Part shown: in pieces, positions 20,100-29,268 of the stretch
Position numbering within the stretch: the stretch's first letter is position 1
Layout: each line of letters starts with the position of its first letter
IMG/VR virus record: IMGVR_UViG_3300038321_000426
Location: 1-38,018 of that record
DNA from: a virus
Lineage: Duplodnaviria > Caudoviricetes
Strand: one strand, 5' to 3'
Length of the DNA stretch: 38,018 bases
Notes under the pieces: generated by a model
Database searches by the model: none
Seen by the model: the letters and a program-made list of their open reading frames with translations, nothing else
Told to the model about the DNA's origin: nothing
Made by a program: the position numbers and the translations under genes

Positions 20100-20969
20100 T
20101 TATATGTATGATAATTTTAAGTAATCCCTGTTTGTCCACGCTTTTGTAAATATTATTCTACCTTCAGATTTTAGCTTTTCTTCTAATTGAAAATATTGAT
20201 ATGAATTAACTCCAATATTGTTATATTTATAAGTTAGTTTAAATTTATTTTTGGGCAAAATAAAAGATATGTTAAATATCTGCTCCATAGATTTTAAATC
20301 AATAGAAGTTTCTAACATATCATCATTTATGTATATTTTTTCATGTAAGTTATATTTTTTTATTAAATCATAAAATTCTTGCTGCTTATGTTGTTCACAT
20401 AGCTTATATAAATCTTCTAGTTCTAGTATGTCCACTAAATAATGTTTACAATTTTCTTTATTAAACCCATACATCTTAAATGTTGTATCTACTGCAAGTA
20501 ATATCATTTTTGCTTCTTCTGATAGCATACTAATATCAAGATCATAATAAGATATTATCTGGAGTAAGCAACTACCAGCATACTTATGTAAATAGTTTAT
20601 ATTGCCTATTTTTAGTATCGTATTTATATTGGCACTATTAGGATTGTAAGTTCCTGCAACGTGATTCCCCCAACAAAAATAATCTTTTGCTACAATATCC
20701 ATATCAATTCCTACTAATGTAGTACCATTGTTAATATAATTGTCACCTCTAAATAATTCATTGAAACTATAGAAGTGAGTTATCTCATATCCTAGTATCT
20801 TTTCTAGTATAATACAACTAAATAAACTGTCTAAATCATCACTTAGATACATATAATACTTTTTGTTATCTCTTGTCCATTCTGGAAATTTTGCTGCATA
20901 TTTTTTATTCATATTTGTTAGGGAATAATAATATTCTCCAACTCTTCTTACTATGTACTTATATTTCAT
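20100..20969 (-). CDS. Divergent DHH-like phosphoesterase-fold protein (true start possibly MNKKY)
   Basis: LSDDLDSLFSC (motif I), GIDMD (motif II), WGNH in place of DHH, LLAVD (motif IV). Confidence 0.6.
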   Translation of the reverse strand: MKYKYIVRRVGEYYYSLTNMNKKYAAKFPEWTRDNKKYYMYLSDDLDSLFSCIILEKILGYEITHFYSFNELFRGDNYINNGTTLVGIDMDIVAKDYFCWGNHVAGTYNPNSANINTILKIGNINYLHKYAGSCLLQIISYYDLDISMLSEEAKMILLAVDTTFKMYGFNKENCKHYLVDILELEDLYKLCEQHKQQEFYDLIKKYNLHEKIYINDDMLETSIDLKSMEQIFNISFILPKNKFKLTYKYNNIGVNSYQYFQLEEKLKSEGRIIFTKAWTNRDYLKLSYI

Positions 20970-21207
20970 TTATTCTTTAATTCGTGTCCACCACTGGGAC
21001 ATTTATTTTTTAACTGGCCTAGTCAAACTAGGTGTGTTAATTTTACTCTAATTCTCTCATTTAAGAAGAATTAGAGTTTATGTATATCCCATTATTTCAC
21101 CTATCCCTTCAATTTTTAAATTCTTAATTTTAATCTCCAATTTACTCATCTCCTATTACTCAAATTTAATGGTAGTTGGATTATCCAACCCACCTTAAAA
21201 ATATATA

Positions 21208-21435
21208 TTATTTATATTTTTTAGCATTTTTAAGTTTCCTATCATTATTAATTTTCAGTTTTAATCTATTCTCTTCACTCTTAGTATGTTTTTTATGCTG
21301 AGAGTCCCTGATTATTTCGTGACTCTGTTTTTTGAACTGTTCCATCATTAAATTAAATTTTTCTTCCTTACTTAGTGTTTTTTTTGCTTGATTTTTTATC
21401 TGATTCCTGTTCCTGAACTTCTTCAACTTTTTCAA
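21208..21435 (-). CDS. Small basic hypothetical protein
   Basis: 75 aa Lys-rich ORF overlapping the 3' end of the HTH gene, AAGAGG RBS. Confidence 0.5.
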   Translation of the reverse strand: MKKLKKFRNRNQIKNQAKKTLSKEEKFNLMMEQFKKQSHEIIRDSQHKKHTKSEENRLKLKINNDRKLKNAKKYK

Positions 21436-21694
21436 CCTCTTTATCTTTATTATTTTCTTCTACCTCTTTGACATCATCTATTATTTCAACAGTATCTTCC
21501 TTCTGCTTTTGTTTTTGTGATGATACTGCATAAATAGCATTGATATATTTATCATGCTGCTCCTTAGAATAAGGATGCTTCCTATTTTCAATCATACTGA
21601 TATAATTTTTAGAAACCCCCATATAATCTCCTATATCCTTCTGACTTAGATTATGTAACTGTCTTAAAAATTTCATTTTCTCTGCACTTAACAT
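21368..21694 (-). CDS. Xre-family HTH regulator
   Basis: MKFLRQLHNLSQKDIGDYMGVSKNYISMIENR. Confidence 0.9.
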   Translation of the reverse strand: MLSAEKMKFLRQLHNLSQKDIGDYMGVSKNYISMIENRKHPYSKEQHDKYINAIYAVSSQKQKQKEDTVEIIDDVKEVEENNKDKEVEKVEEVQEQESDKKSSKKNTK

Positions 21695-21696
21695 TT

Positions 21697-21882
21697 TTAT
21701 TCCTCACTTTCTATTAATTTACTAATCTTATATAATATTTGATTATTTTTTTCAAATTGTATATTATCTTTATCAAGTTGGTTTTGCAATTTTTGTATCA
21801 TATCTTCTTGGTTTTGCAATAGTTTTACATAGCCACCTACAATTTCCAATACTTCCTCTCTTGTAAATGTATCTTTTCCCAT
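21697..21882 (-). CDS. Small coiled-coil hypothetical protein
   Basis: 61 aa ORF, GGGAG RBS, coupled to the HTH gene. Confidence 0.6.
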   Translation of the reverse strand: MGKDTFTREEVLEIVGGYVKLLQNQEDMIQKLQNQLDKDNIQFEKNNQILYKISKLIESEE

Positions 21883-21924
21883 ATTAAAACCACTCCCTAA
21901 TTAATTTATGTTAACAAAATCACT

Positions 21925-21965
21925 TAAAAAAAAGGAAAGAGGTAATTTTCCACTTTCCTTTTTAA
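21925..21965 (-). terminator. Terminator after the major capsid gene
   Basis: aaaaggaaag-aggtaattttcca-ctttcctttt hairpin with A/T tracts. Confidence 0.7.
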
Positions 21966-21976
21966 ATATGTACAAA

Positions 21977-22807
21977 TTATACAATGGTCTTTTTGAGCAT
22001 TATAACGCCACTATCATCAGTCAATTTCGTAGCGTATATATACGTACCCACGATATCACTGCAATGTTCTTTTTCTTCTCTTTCTTCCTTTATATCTATT
22101 GCTCTTTTTTCCATATATGCAAGTGCATTTTTCTTTATGATGAATGATTTACATTCATTTGAAGTAGTATCAAAAGTCCCATGGTTAGAATGATAAACTG
22201 GTATTCCTCTGAAAAAACCAATCATGCCATTTCTTACTATACCATTTCCTGCCTGTGTAAATGTTTTATTTACATCAACGAATTCATCCATAGAATAGAA
22301 AGAACTATCTATTCGACTATTCACGACAATTCCTGACATTGAATCTACGTCTGCATCGTCTCCAAAATTTGCTAATGCAGTATCTAGTTCTGCTGCGGTA
22401 ATTGCTGTAGCACTTGCAGTTGGAGTTTTTAATGGAGTTTTACTTGCTTCTGTGATAATATCCTGATCCAAACTACGACTAAATACTACTGCCTGCTGAC
22501 TACTTGCTTCTTCTATCTGGTTTCCAAGTGCTGTCATATCATCTATGTCATACACTCTTACAATGGAATCCTTCATTACTATTTTTGCAGTAGAATCGTC
22601 TTGATCTAGTGATTGTATTGGAGATACTGTTCCCTTTACTACAGTATTAGCATCTCCTATAGTTTTAAATTTTGGGAAATGGATAGTATCACCAACTGTT
22701 GTATTTTTTAAATCTCCTAATGCTGACGCTAAGAGTGCAACTCTTATCTTTCCTTCAAACTTTTCTCTTGTTACTTGACTATATACCTCTGGTATTATTA
22801 ATGCCAT
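21977..22807 (-). CDS. Major capsid protein (HK97 fold, N4-gp56-like family)
   Basis: LIIPEVYS start, GDTIHFPKF, IVVNS, GMIGFFRGIPVYHSN, IKEERE, YATK; follows the scaffold gene. Confidence 0.92.
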   Translation of the reverse strand: MALIIPEVYSQVTREKFEGKIRVALLASALGDLKNTTVGDTIHFPKFKTIGDANTVVKGTVSPIQSLDQDDSTAKIVMKDSIVRVYDIDDMTALGNQIEEASSQQAVVFSRSLDQDIITEASKTPLKTPTASATAITAAELDTALANFGDDADVDSMSGIVVNSRIDSSFYSMDEFVDVNKTFTQAGNGIVRNGMIGFFRGIPVYHSNHGTFDTTSNECKSFIIKKNALAYMEKRAIDIKEEREEKEHCSDIVGTYIYATKLTDDSGVIMLKKTIV

Positions 22808-22888
22808 ATAAACATCAAATCCTTTCTTATTTAAAATTTTTGATTATAATAAAAAAAAGCCACCTACTTTTTATAAGTAAATGACTTT

Positions 22889-23506
22889 TTATTTACTTAA
22901 TTTTTTATATAATTCTTCATTCGTCTTGAATAAATTCATCCTATCAACTACACCCATTTTTTTAAATTGTTCCTTAGTAATAGAATCTTCTTTAGATTTA
23001 TGACTATCTGGTTTGAAGCCACTTTGAATTTGAGCATTATTAAAAATTTCTTTTAAACTTCCGATTTCAGTTTCCACTTTATCATCTTCCACACCTGACA
23101 AATATTTAGCCAGTTGTTCTGGTAATCCCTGTTCCTTCAGTTGAGAAGAAATATTTATAACCTTCTCTTTTTGAGCAACTTCTTTTTCCTTATCCTCTAA
23201 CACTTTAAGACGTTTCTCCATTTCAATTTCTGCTGGAGATTTATCTTTTGGCTTGTACTTATTTATTTCGTCTGTAGCATCCTTTAATTTTTTACTATAT
23301 TCTGTGCGAACTTTATCAGATGAACTCTGTAGTTGCTTATTTAAGTCCTCTTTACTTACATAGTCCTTAAATGTTTCCTTTGCCTTTGTAACCTCGCCTG
23401 TAACATATTCAGTAACCTTTGCTCCCTGTTCTTCATTTAAACCTAATTCTTTAATATCCATTAATATCCTTCCTTTCAAAGTTTTTAAATATAAACCCTT
23501 ATACAA
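22889..23506 (-). CDS. Capsid scaffolding protein (DUF4355-like); likely start at MDIKEL
   Basis: QSSSDKVRTEY, coiled coil, GLPEQLAKYL, C-terminal ITKEQFKKM; upstream of capsid gene. Confidence 0.85.
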   Translation of the reverse strand: MYKGLYLKTLKGRILMDIKELGLNEEQGAKVTEYVTGEVTKAKETFKDYVSKEDLNKQLQSSSDKVRTEYSKKLKDATDEINKYKPKDKSPAEIEMEKRLKVLEDKEKEVAQKEKVINISSQLKEQGLPEQLAKYLSGVEDDKVETEIGSLKEIFNNAQIQSGFKPDSHKSKEDSITKEQFKKMGVVDRMNLFKTNEELYKKLSK

Positions 23507-23528
23507 GTTTTTATATTAAAGCCCTTAT

Positions 23529-23726
23529 TTAATAATTCAATATAAATTTTGCTAATTTTTTAAATTTGTTTTTACCTATTTTTCTATTATCAGTAACTAA
23601 ATGTGCAATATCGAATCTAGTAACACCTTCTCCAGATTTATCAGCCATAAACTGATATGTAACACCTTTTTCTTTTTTTAAATAAATTATTTTTTGTTTT
23701 ATCATATCAACTATCTCATCATTCAT
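23529..23726 (-). CDS. Small HTH protein
   Basis: LKKEKGVTYQFMADKSG-VTRFDIAHL. Confidence 0.7.
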   Translation of the reverse strand: MNDEIVDMIKQKIIYLKKEKGVTYQFMADKSGEGVTRFDIAHLVTDNRKIGKNKFKKLAKFILNY

Positions 23727-23821
23727 CCTTCCTCTCTCCCTTGTGCTTAATTTTATTTATTAATATAGTAATATCAACCGTTCTAGCATTTTATTTAATT
23801 AATTTTAGCTTATTTTGTGCT

Positions 23822-23995
23822 AAAAAGAAAAAAGGAGAGTGAGTAATAAATGCTCACCCTCACTTGTTGTATTCAAAATTAAAGTATTATAATTTATTTA
23901 TCATAATACTTGTGCAGCATTAATTCCCTGCACTCAGTTAGTTTCTCTTAATTTTGAGGAGGTTGGCCTTGAACCAACATGAATCCTAACAAAGT
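23822..23995 (-). ncRNA. Candidate structured leader or small RNA ending in a terminator, upstream of the capsid operon
   Basis: Hairpins at 23962-23978, 23912-23933, 23882-23911 and terminator 23835-23861 with U tract. Confidence 0.45.
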
Positions 23996-24205
23996 TACCA
24001 TTTAATAATGTCAATCATATAACATACAATACAGTATTTGCTGAATCATAATATTTTGGTTTAAAAGTAAGCATAAACTCTTGACACAATGTTTATGCTA
24101 TGATATTATAAATTTAAGTTAAGAAATTTATAATAAAAGAGGATTGAGTGTTTGTACACTCCATATACCCCTTTTTTTATGATGTCTTTTTTTCTTTTAT
24201 TTACT

Positions 24206-27043
24206 TTATTTTATGGCATTTTTTTCTTCTTTATCGTGAAAGTTCAGAGGATTCTCCTTAAATATATCTATCGTTTCTTTTGGTACTGCCTTGTATAACA
24301 AAGTCAGTAATGTCAATCCATAACGGCTAATTTCTTTGTTTTTACTCCTCTCTGAATACAATTGCTTATAGATTGATATTATACTTTCCGTTTTTATTTT
24401 TAGTTTTCTTAATTCTTCTAAAATGGTATCAGTTGTTTTTGTTTGTTGTTCATATAATTTAAATCTTTCTTTTTTATCTTTTTCTGTATTTATCTGCATT
24501 TTTATACCTCTTAATGTACTATCAAGATTTTTAGCAATTGTTTCTAGTTTATCCATCTGCTTTCTATTTTCTTTATCTTTAGTTTCTATAGTAATCATTA
24601 AATCTAATATGCTCCATGTAGATACACTTCTTTTTTTGCCAGGTATTTCTTTATCAAGTATTTGTTCCAGATAATCCATACTACATTTAAATATGGCATA
24701 TGCTGTAGTTTTATTATCATCCTTTTTACTTTTAAATTTATTTTTCTTTTTATTTTCTTTGTTACCATTCTTATTATCATTTTTGCAATATTTCATAAAC
24801 ATAGGTCTTACAGTTTTCTTTAAATCATCATTACATTTTTCTTCTGCTTTTTCCTTATCATTTGAATATTTCTCTCTATAATCTCCAAGCTTTATAAAAT
24901 CTTTAACGTCTAAATATTTACTATATAAAGTTTTTCTCAATTCATCTAAAATGGAATACATTTTTATATTCGTAAAATTCTTTTTAGCACTATCTATTTC
25001 AACATTACTTAGAGAAGAAAGTTCACTAACAATACTATAAAGTTCTTTAATTTTTTTATCATTTTTAATTTCTTGATATTGCTTATTCCAATCTTCTTCA
25101 TTTTTGGCTACAATATCTTTTGTTTTTTTATGAATCATATCCCACATTAAGGATTGATATACCTGAGATAAGTTCACTATTTTGCCAGTATAATTTACAC
25201 CTATTTTTCCATCAATTTTGGCTCTATTTTCTGCTGTAAAAGGTTCTATTAATTTTGAAGCTTCTATCTTATTAACTGGAGTTAGCCATTGTTGTGCATC
25301 TAAAGCTTTGGAAACAATTGTCGGGTAAACGGACAATATCATTTCATCTCCGTCGAAATCGAATCCAGATCCACGTTCCATGAGGTCATTATCTATTCCG
25401 TTTATAATTATTACATTATCAGTAAAATTGAAGTAATATGTAAATTCATCTTTATAAGTATTTTTCATATAAAGAACATTCCCACCACAAATTAGGGGGC
25501 TTCTAAATCCTGCTATGCATTCTTCATCATCAAACATAGGGCAATAACATTCATTACCTTTTAATAATGCTTTATCCTTGCTATATGCACCCACTGATTG
25601 AAGTAATAATTCATAAGGATTTCCACATAAGATTGCATAATCAGTATTAGGTATTTTTATTCTACCTTCTCTCAAATTATCTATATAACTATTAACTAAT
25701 TCATGTACATAATTTTTATATAGTGCTGTATGCTCTATATCCTTGTTTCTAGCAATTAAATTATAGATCAATTGTCTACTATAGCATAATTTCCCTGTAG
25801 CACCTACATACCTTGCTACGGCTCGTATATCGTCTTTTATAGATTGTATAAAGTTAAAATCATATTTTAGCAGTTTCCTAAGTTCATCTTTTGTAAAATC
25901 TAAACTGTTAATAACTTGATATGTTAATTGCTGGATTTTATCTCCAAATTTACTCTTAGTTTCACTTCTAACTATACCAAAATTATTATCATGATTAATG
26001 AATTGCTTCCAGTATTCATAATATCTTTTCTGGTCTTCTCTATTATTTTTATCTGCCATTTTAAGCCACTTTAAACTACTAGGAGTTGTAATTACTAGAA
26101 CATCTTTCGCTTTTATTTTATTATCAAACATATCTTTTATTTTCCAGCTATCAAAATCAATATTATTTTTAATAGCATATGCCTTTAAAAATAATTGAAT
26201 ATTTGTGTTGAATGTGCAAGATTTGAACCAGGACGATCTTAATTGCATTACTGCTTTGTCTTCTCTCACTGCTTGTTTAAAAATACTATAATCAACCAAG
26301 CTTTCACCATCAGTGACTTTGTTTTTTAAAGTAATTTTTTCATCTTGTGCTGAAATTACACCATTATTTTCTCTAGTTACACTTGCATATGTAGGATATT
26401 CTTCTACAATATCATTAACCATTAATATGTTTTTGGGATTGATAGTTATAGTTCTTTCTATAGCACTCATAGTTAATGCTCTATAAGCTTGTATAGAACA
26501 TACTTCAAGTTCTTTATTTTCAAAATCTTTCCCCATATTTTCAAATTTTATCATATCTTTATAATATTTTTCTAAAATAAATATACAACTGTTATTTTTT
26601 GCCTTTGATGCAGTTCTACTATATTGAACATAATGTTTACCATTAAGGTTAAATCCATTTTTATATAAATTATTTCTAATTTTATTACCTTTAGCATTTA
26701 CGTGTATATACGTGGTTATTTCATTTCCATTTTTATCATATCTTTTTTTAGCATTTTTACGGTTATTTACAACTTTATTACCTTCATCATCTTTTTTTAT
26801 CACCCTATATTTATTATTAAATTTTACATTAATAAATATATCAGTATATAGATATGTTTTATCATTCAAAATTTTAGATTTAATTGCTTTGTCTCCTTTG
26901 CTTTCTATAAAATAGCATATATCTAAATTGGCATTAATACTGCAATTATATAAATCAAAGTCCTTTTCATTCTTAACTTTATAATTATCATTTTCATATA
27001 AATATTTTCCTTTTATAGTTCTTATATAATAAATATTACCCAT
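24206..27043 (-). CDS. Single-subunit two-barrel RNA polymerase, cellular RdRP (QDE-1/RDR) / SPbeta YonO-like
   Basis: Ordered motifs TDGESL, MQLR...FKS, GRIKIP..YAILCGNPY, FRSP, catalytic GSGFDFDGD, GKIVN, EIDSAK. Confidence 0.92.
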   Translation of the reverse strand: MGNIYYIRTIKGKYLYENDNYKVKNEKDFDLYNCSINANLDICYFIESKGDKAIKSKILNDKTYLYTDIFINVKFNNKYRVIKKDDEGNKVVNNRKNAKKRYDKNGNEITTYIHVNAKGNKIRNNLYKNGFNLNGKHYVQYSRTASKAKNNSCIFILEKYYKDMIKFENMGKDFENKELEVCSIQAYRALTMSAIERTITINPKNILMVNDIVEEYPTYASVTRENNGVISAQDEKITLKNKVTDGESLVDYSIFKQAVREDKAVMQLRSSWFKSCTFNTNIQLFLKAYAIKNNIDFDSWKIKDMFDNKIKAKDVLVITTPSSLKWLKMADKNNREDQKRYYEYWKQFINHDNNFGIVRSETKSKFGDKIQQLTYQVINSLDFTKDELRKLLKYDFNFIQSIKDDIRAVARYVGATGKLCYSRQLIYNLIARNKDIEHTALYKNYVHELVNSYIDNLREGRIKIPNTDYAILCGNPYELLLQSVGAYSKDKALLKGNECYCPMFDDEECIAGFRSPLICGGNVLYMKNTYKDEFTYYFNFTDNVIIINGIDNDLMERGSGFDFDGDEMILSVYPTIVSKALDAQQWLTPVNKIEASKLIEPFTAENRAKIDGKIGVNYTGKIVNLSQVYQSLMWDMIHKKTKDIVAKNEEDWNKQYQEIKNDKKIKELYSIVSELSSLSNVEIDSAKKNFTNIKMYSILDELRKTLYSKYLDVKDFIKLGDYREKYSNDKEKAEEKCNDDLKKTVRPMFMKYCKNDNKNGNKENKKKNKFKSKKDDNKTTAYAIFKCSMDYLEQILDKEIPGKKRSVSTWSILDLMITIETKDKENRKQMDKLETIAKNLDSTLRGIKMQINTEKDKKERFKLYEQQTKTTDTILEELRKLKIKTESIISIYKQLYSERSKNKEISRYGLTLLTLLYKAVPKETIDIFKENPLNFHDKEEKNAIK

Positions 27044-27336
27044 TCATTATCCCCCTTAAATTTTCTTAACCTATTTTTACAATAAGATTCATGAAGGACA
27101 AAATAACTTGTCCTTATATGTTTAATTATCCATTTCTATTTCCTTCTTCCCATCCGCAAATATCACAATGCCACTTACATTCTTCTAACTCTCCTGCACC
27201 ATTAGGTGATTGGTCACATATTTCACGACCATATTTAGGACACGTCCTTATATGTTCCTTTATCCATTCTTTATGTTCTGCTTCAGCCCATTCCTTATTT
27301 ATTTCTACCTTTTAACCTTTCATTATTTAAATTTGC

Positions 27337-27798
27337 TTAATTCGTTTTTTTATTAAAATAACTTAAACCTGCTAATAACTTATTCTTTTTTTCATCTATT
27401 TTAGATTTATCTACTTGTTGAACCTTTGAGGTATCATTAATATCAGCTTTCACCTTTTCGGTACTATCTGTAACTTTTATATCCTTATTGCCACTATTAG
27501 GTAATATACCTTTTTCATCCTTTTGGGTATTAATTGCACCCTTTTGTACCTTTTTATTACTATTCCTTTTAGTAACTTTTTGAACCTCTTTATTTCTTTT
27601 GGGTACTATCTGCACCTTTTCGGTACAATTTGTACCCATTTGAACCCGTTGAAAACTATTAGTTGCTAAACGATATATTGCTTCTTTAATTGCATCAGAT
27701 TCAGAATAGGATTGAGATAACCAATCACTGATTATCCTATCCTTTTCTTTTTTTGGATTTAATGTTATATATATGCGTCTACTATCTCCCTTAGCCAT
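27337..27798 (-). CDS. ParR-like ribbon-helix-helix adaptor with repetitive C-terminal tail
   Basis: RRIYITLN...DRIISDWL...SDAIKEAIYRLA; 3 bp downstream of the actin-like ATPase. Confidence 0.7.
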   Translation of the reverse strand: MAKGDSRRIYITLNPKKEKDRIISDWLSQSYSESDAIKEAIYRLATNSFQRVQMGTNCTEKVQIVPKRNKEVQKVTKRNSNKKVQKGAINTQKDEKGILPNSGNKDIKVTDSTEKVKADINDTSKVQQVDKSKIDEKKNKLLAGLSYFNKKTN

Positions 27799-27801
27799 AC
27801 A

Positions 27802-29151
27802 CTAAGCCACCTTACTCATTTCCTGTAATAGTAGCATAGCTCCATCTATATTACTTTCAGTTGGATTATCTAATACATGAACTATATCCTTATGGACTCC
27901 TAAAATTTCAATTAGCTTATCTAGTAAAGTTATCCCATTTGATAACTTATTGTTTGAAAGTAAATTTGCAACTCCTCCTGTAAATACAATGTTGTCATAA
28001 TCTTCCAAATCTTTATTATATCCTTGTAGTGCTTCTTTAATTTTATTTAGATAATCTATAAGAATACTATCATCTACTATCAGCTTATCTTTCTCATATA
28101 AATATGCTATTTTTTCTATAGATTTATCTTTACCCTTGTTATTTTTTAAGTCATTTTGAATACTACCATATAAGTCAAAAGAACCACATTCTAAAGTATC
28201 AGCATTTATAATATCTCCATCTGATAAAGACACTGCATTAATAGTCCTACTTCCAAGATCTGTTATTAATAAATCTCCATCTAAATAGTTAATCATATTT
28301 TCATCTTCTATAAATAATCGGGTAGAAGAATATCCTTCTGGCATTATATTTACTGATTTTATAGTTATAATTCTGCTTCCATTTTGCGTTTCAAATTCAA
28401 ATTCTTGACCTTGTAATGAATCTATAATACTGCCAGCTCTAGATGTTTGTGTTATTGGGAGTAAATAACCTAAATTAACGTCATATATATCTTGATCTGA
28501 ATCTACAACCTTATCCACCGCATAAAGTATTTGACATTTAACATCCTTAAATTTTTTAACTTTATCATACTCTCCAATATATTCAGCATTTTCTGTTCCT
28601 ATATATATCTTTTTACCGCCATACTTTACCCATTCCAAATTAGGTAAATCAGGTAAACTTTGTTTACAAATCTTACTTGTCATAGTTATTTTATGTTCTC
28701 CACATTTTGCTTTTATGTTATAGTTACCATTATCCAAAATCACATCATATACCATATTCTTGTCACTATTTTCAACCAATTTATTATTTTCCATTTTAAA
28801 ACCTTCCTTCATTAAATTTATATAAATTTTGCTTGATATTTCTTCATCACTTAAACCTTCATCTATCATTTGTTTTGCTATATGGATAATTTTATCATCT
28901 ACATTCATCCATACTGGTTCTGTGGTTGTATTAATATTTACTTGACTCAAATCAATTTGCAAGTTCCCTTTTTCATTTTTATCTTTGTCAAGCTTTTTAA
29001 ACCTCCAGCTTATATTACTATCAATTCCATATTCTTGAGTTATACTTGATGCAGTTTTTCCCATGTTTTCAGGTCTTTCTAAAAGTGTTGAAAATCTTAC
29101 ACCTGAAATGAAATAACGGTTCTGAAAATAGAAATTTTTGGTTTTTGGCAT
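27802..29151 (-). CDS. parM: ParM/StbA-like actin-family ATPase with ~119-aa N-terminal extension
   Basis: Phosphate-1 ILDNGNYNIK, connect MPEG, phosphate-2 TDLGSRTIN, adenosine VFTGGVA. Confidence 0.85.
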   Translation of the reverse strand: MPKTKNFYFQNRYFISGVRFSTLLERPENMGKTASSITQEYGIDSNISWRFKKLDKDKNEKGNLQIDLSQVNINTTTEPVWMNVDDKIIHIAKQMIDEGLSDEEISSKIYINLMKEGFKMENNKLVENSDKNMVYDVILDNGNYNIKAKCGEHKITMTSKICKQSLPDLPNLEWVKYGGKKIYIGTENAEYIGEYDKVKKFKDVKCQILYAVDKVVDSDQDIYDVNLGYLLPITQTSRAGSIIDSLQGQEFEFETQNGSRIITIKSVNIMPEGYSSTRLFIEDENMINYLDGDLLITDLGSRTINAVSLSDGDIINADTLECGSFDLYGSIQNDLKNNKGKDKSIEKIAYLYEKDKLIVDDSILIDYLNKIKEALQGYNKDLEDYDNIVFTGGVANLLSNNKLSNGITLLDKLIEILGVHKDIVHVLDNPTESNIDGAMLLLQEMSKVA

Positions 29152-29268
29152 CTGATTATATTCCTCCTATATACTCTCTAATTTTGTTGTAGTAAAGAAA
29201 TGAAGATAATCTTCACTCCCTGCTACATCTTCATAATATGCTCTCTTTCTTAATATTTTTATAAGTAA

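Noticed and set aside
23962-23978. tRNA gene suggested by a GGTTCAAGGCC T-arm
   Set aside because: No matching acceptor stem, D-arm or anticodon arm at tRNA spacing
27125-27336. Zn-ribbon-like reading frame (CPKY...CDIC) in frame after the ParR-like stop codon
   Set aside because: No start codon or RBS and one Cys ligand is lost; more likely a gene remnant than programmed readthrough
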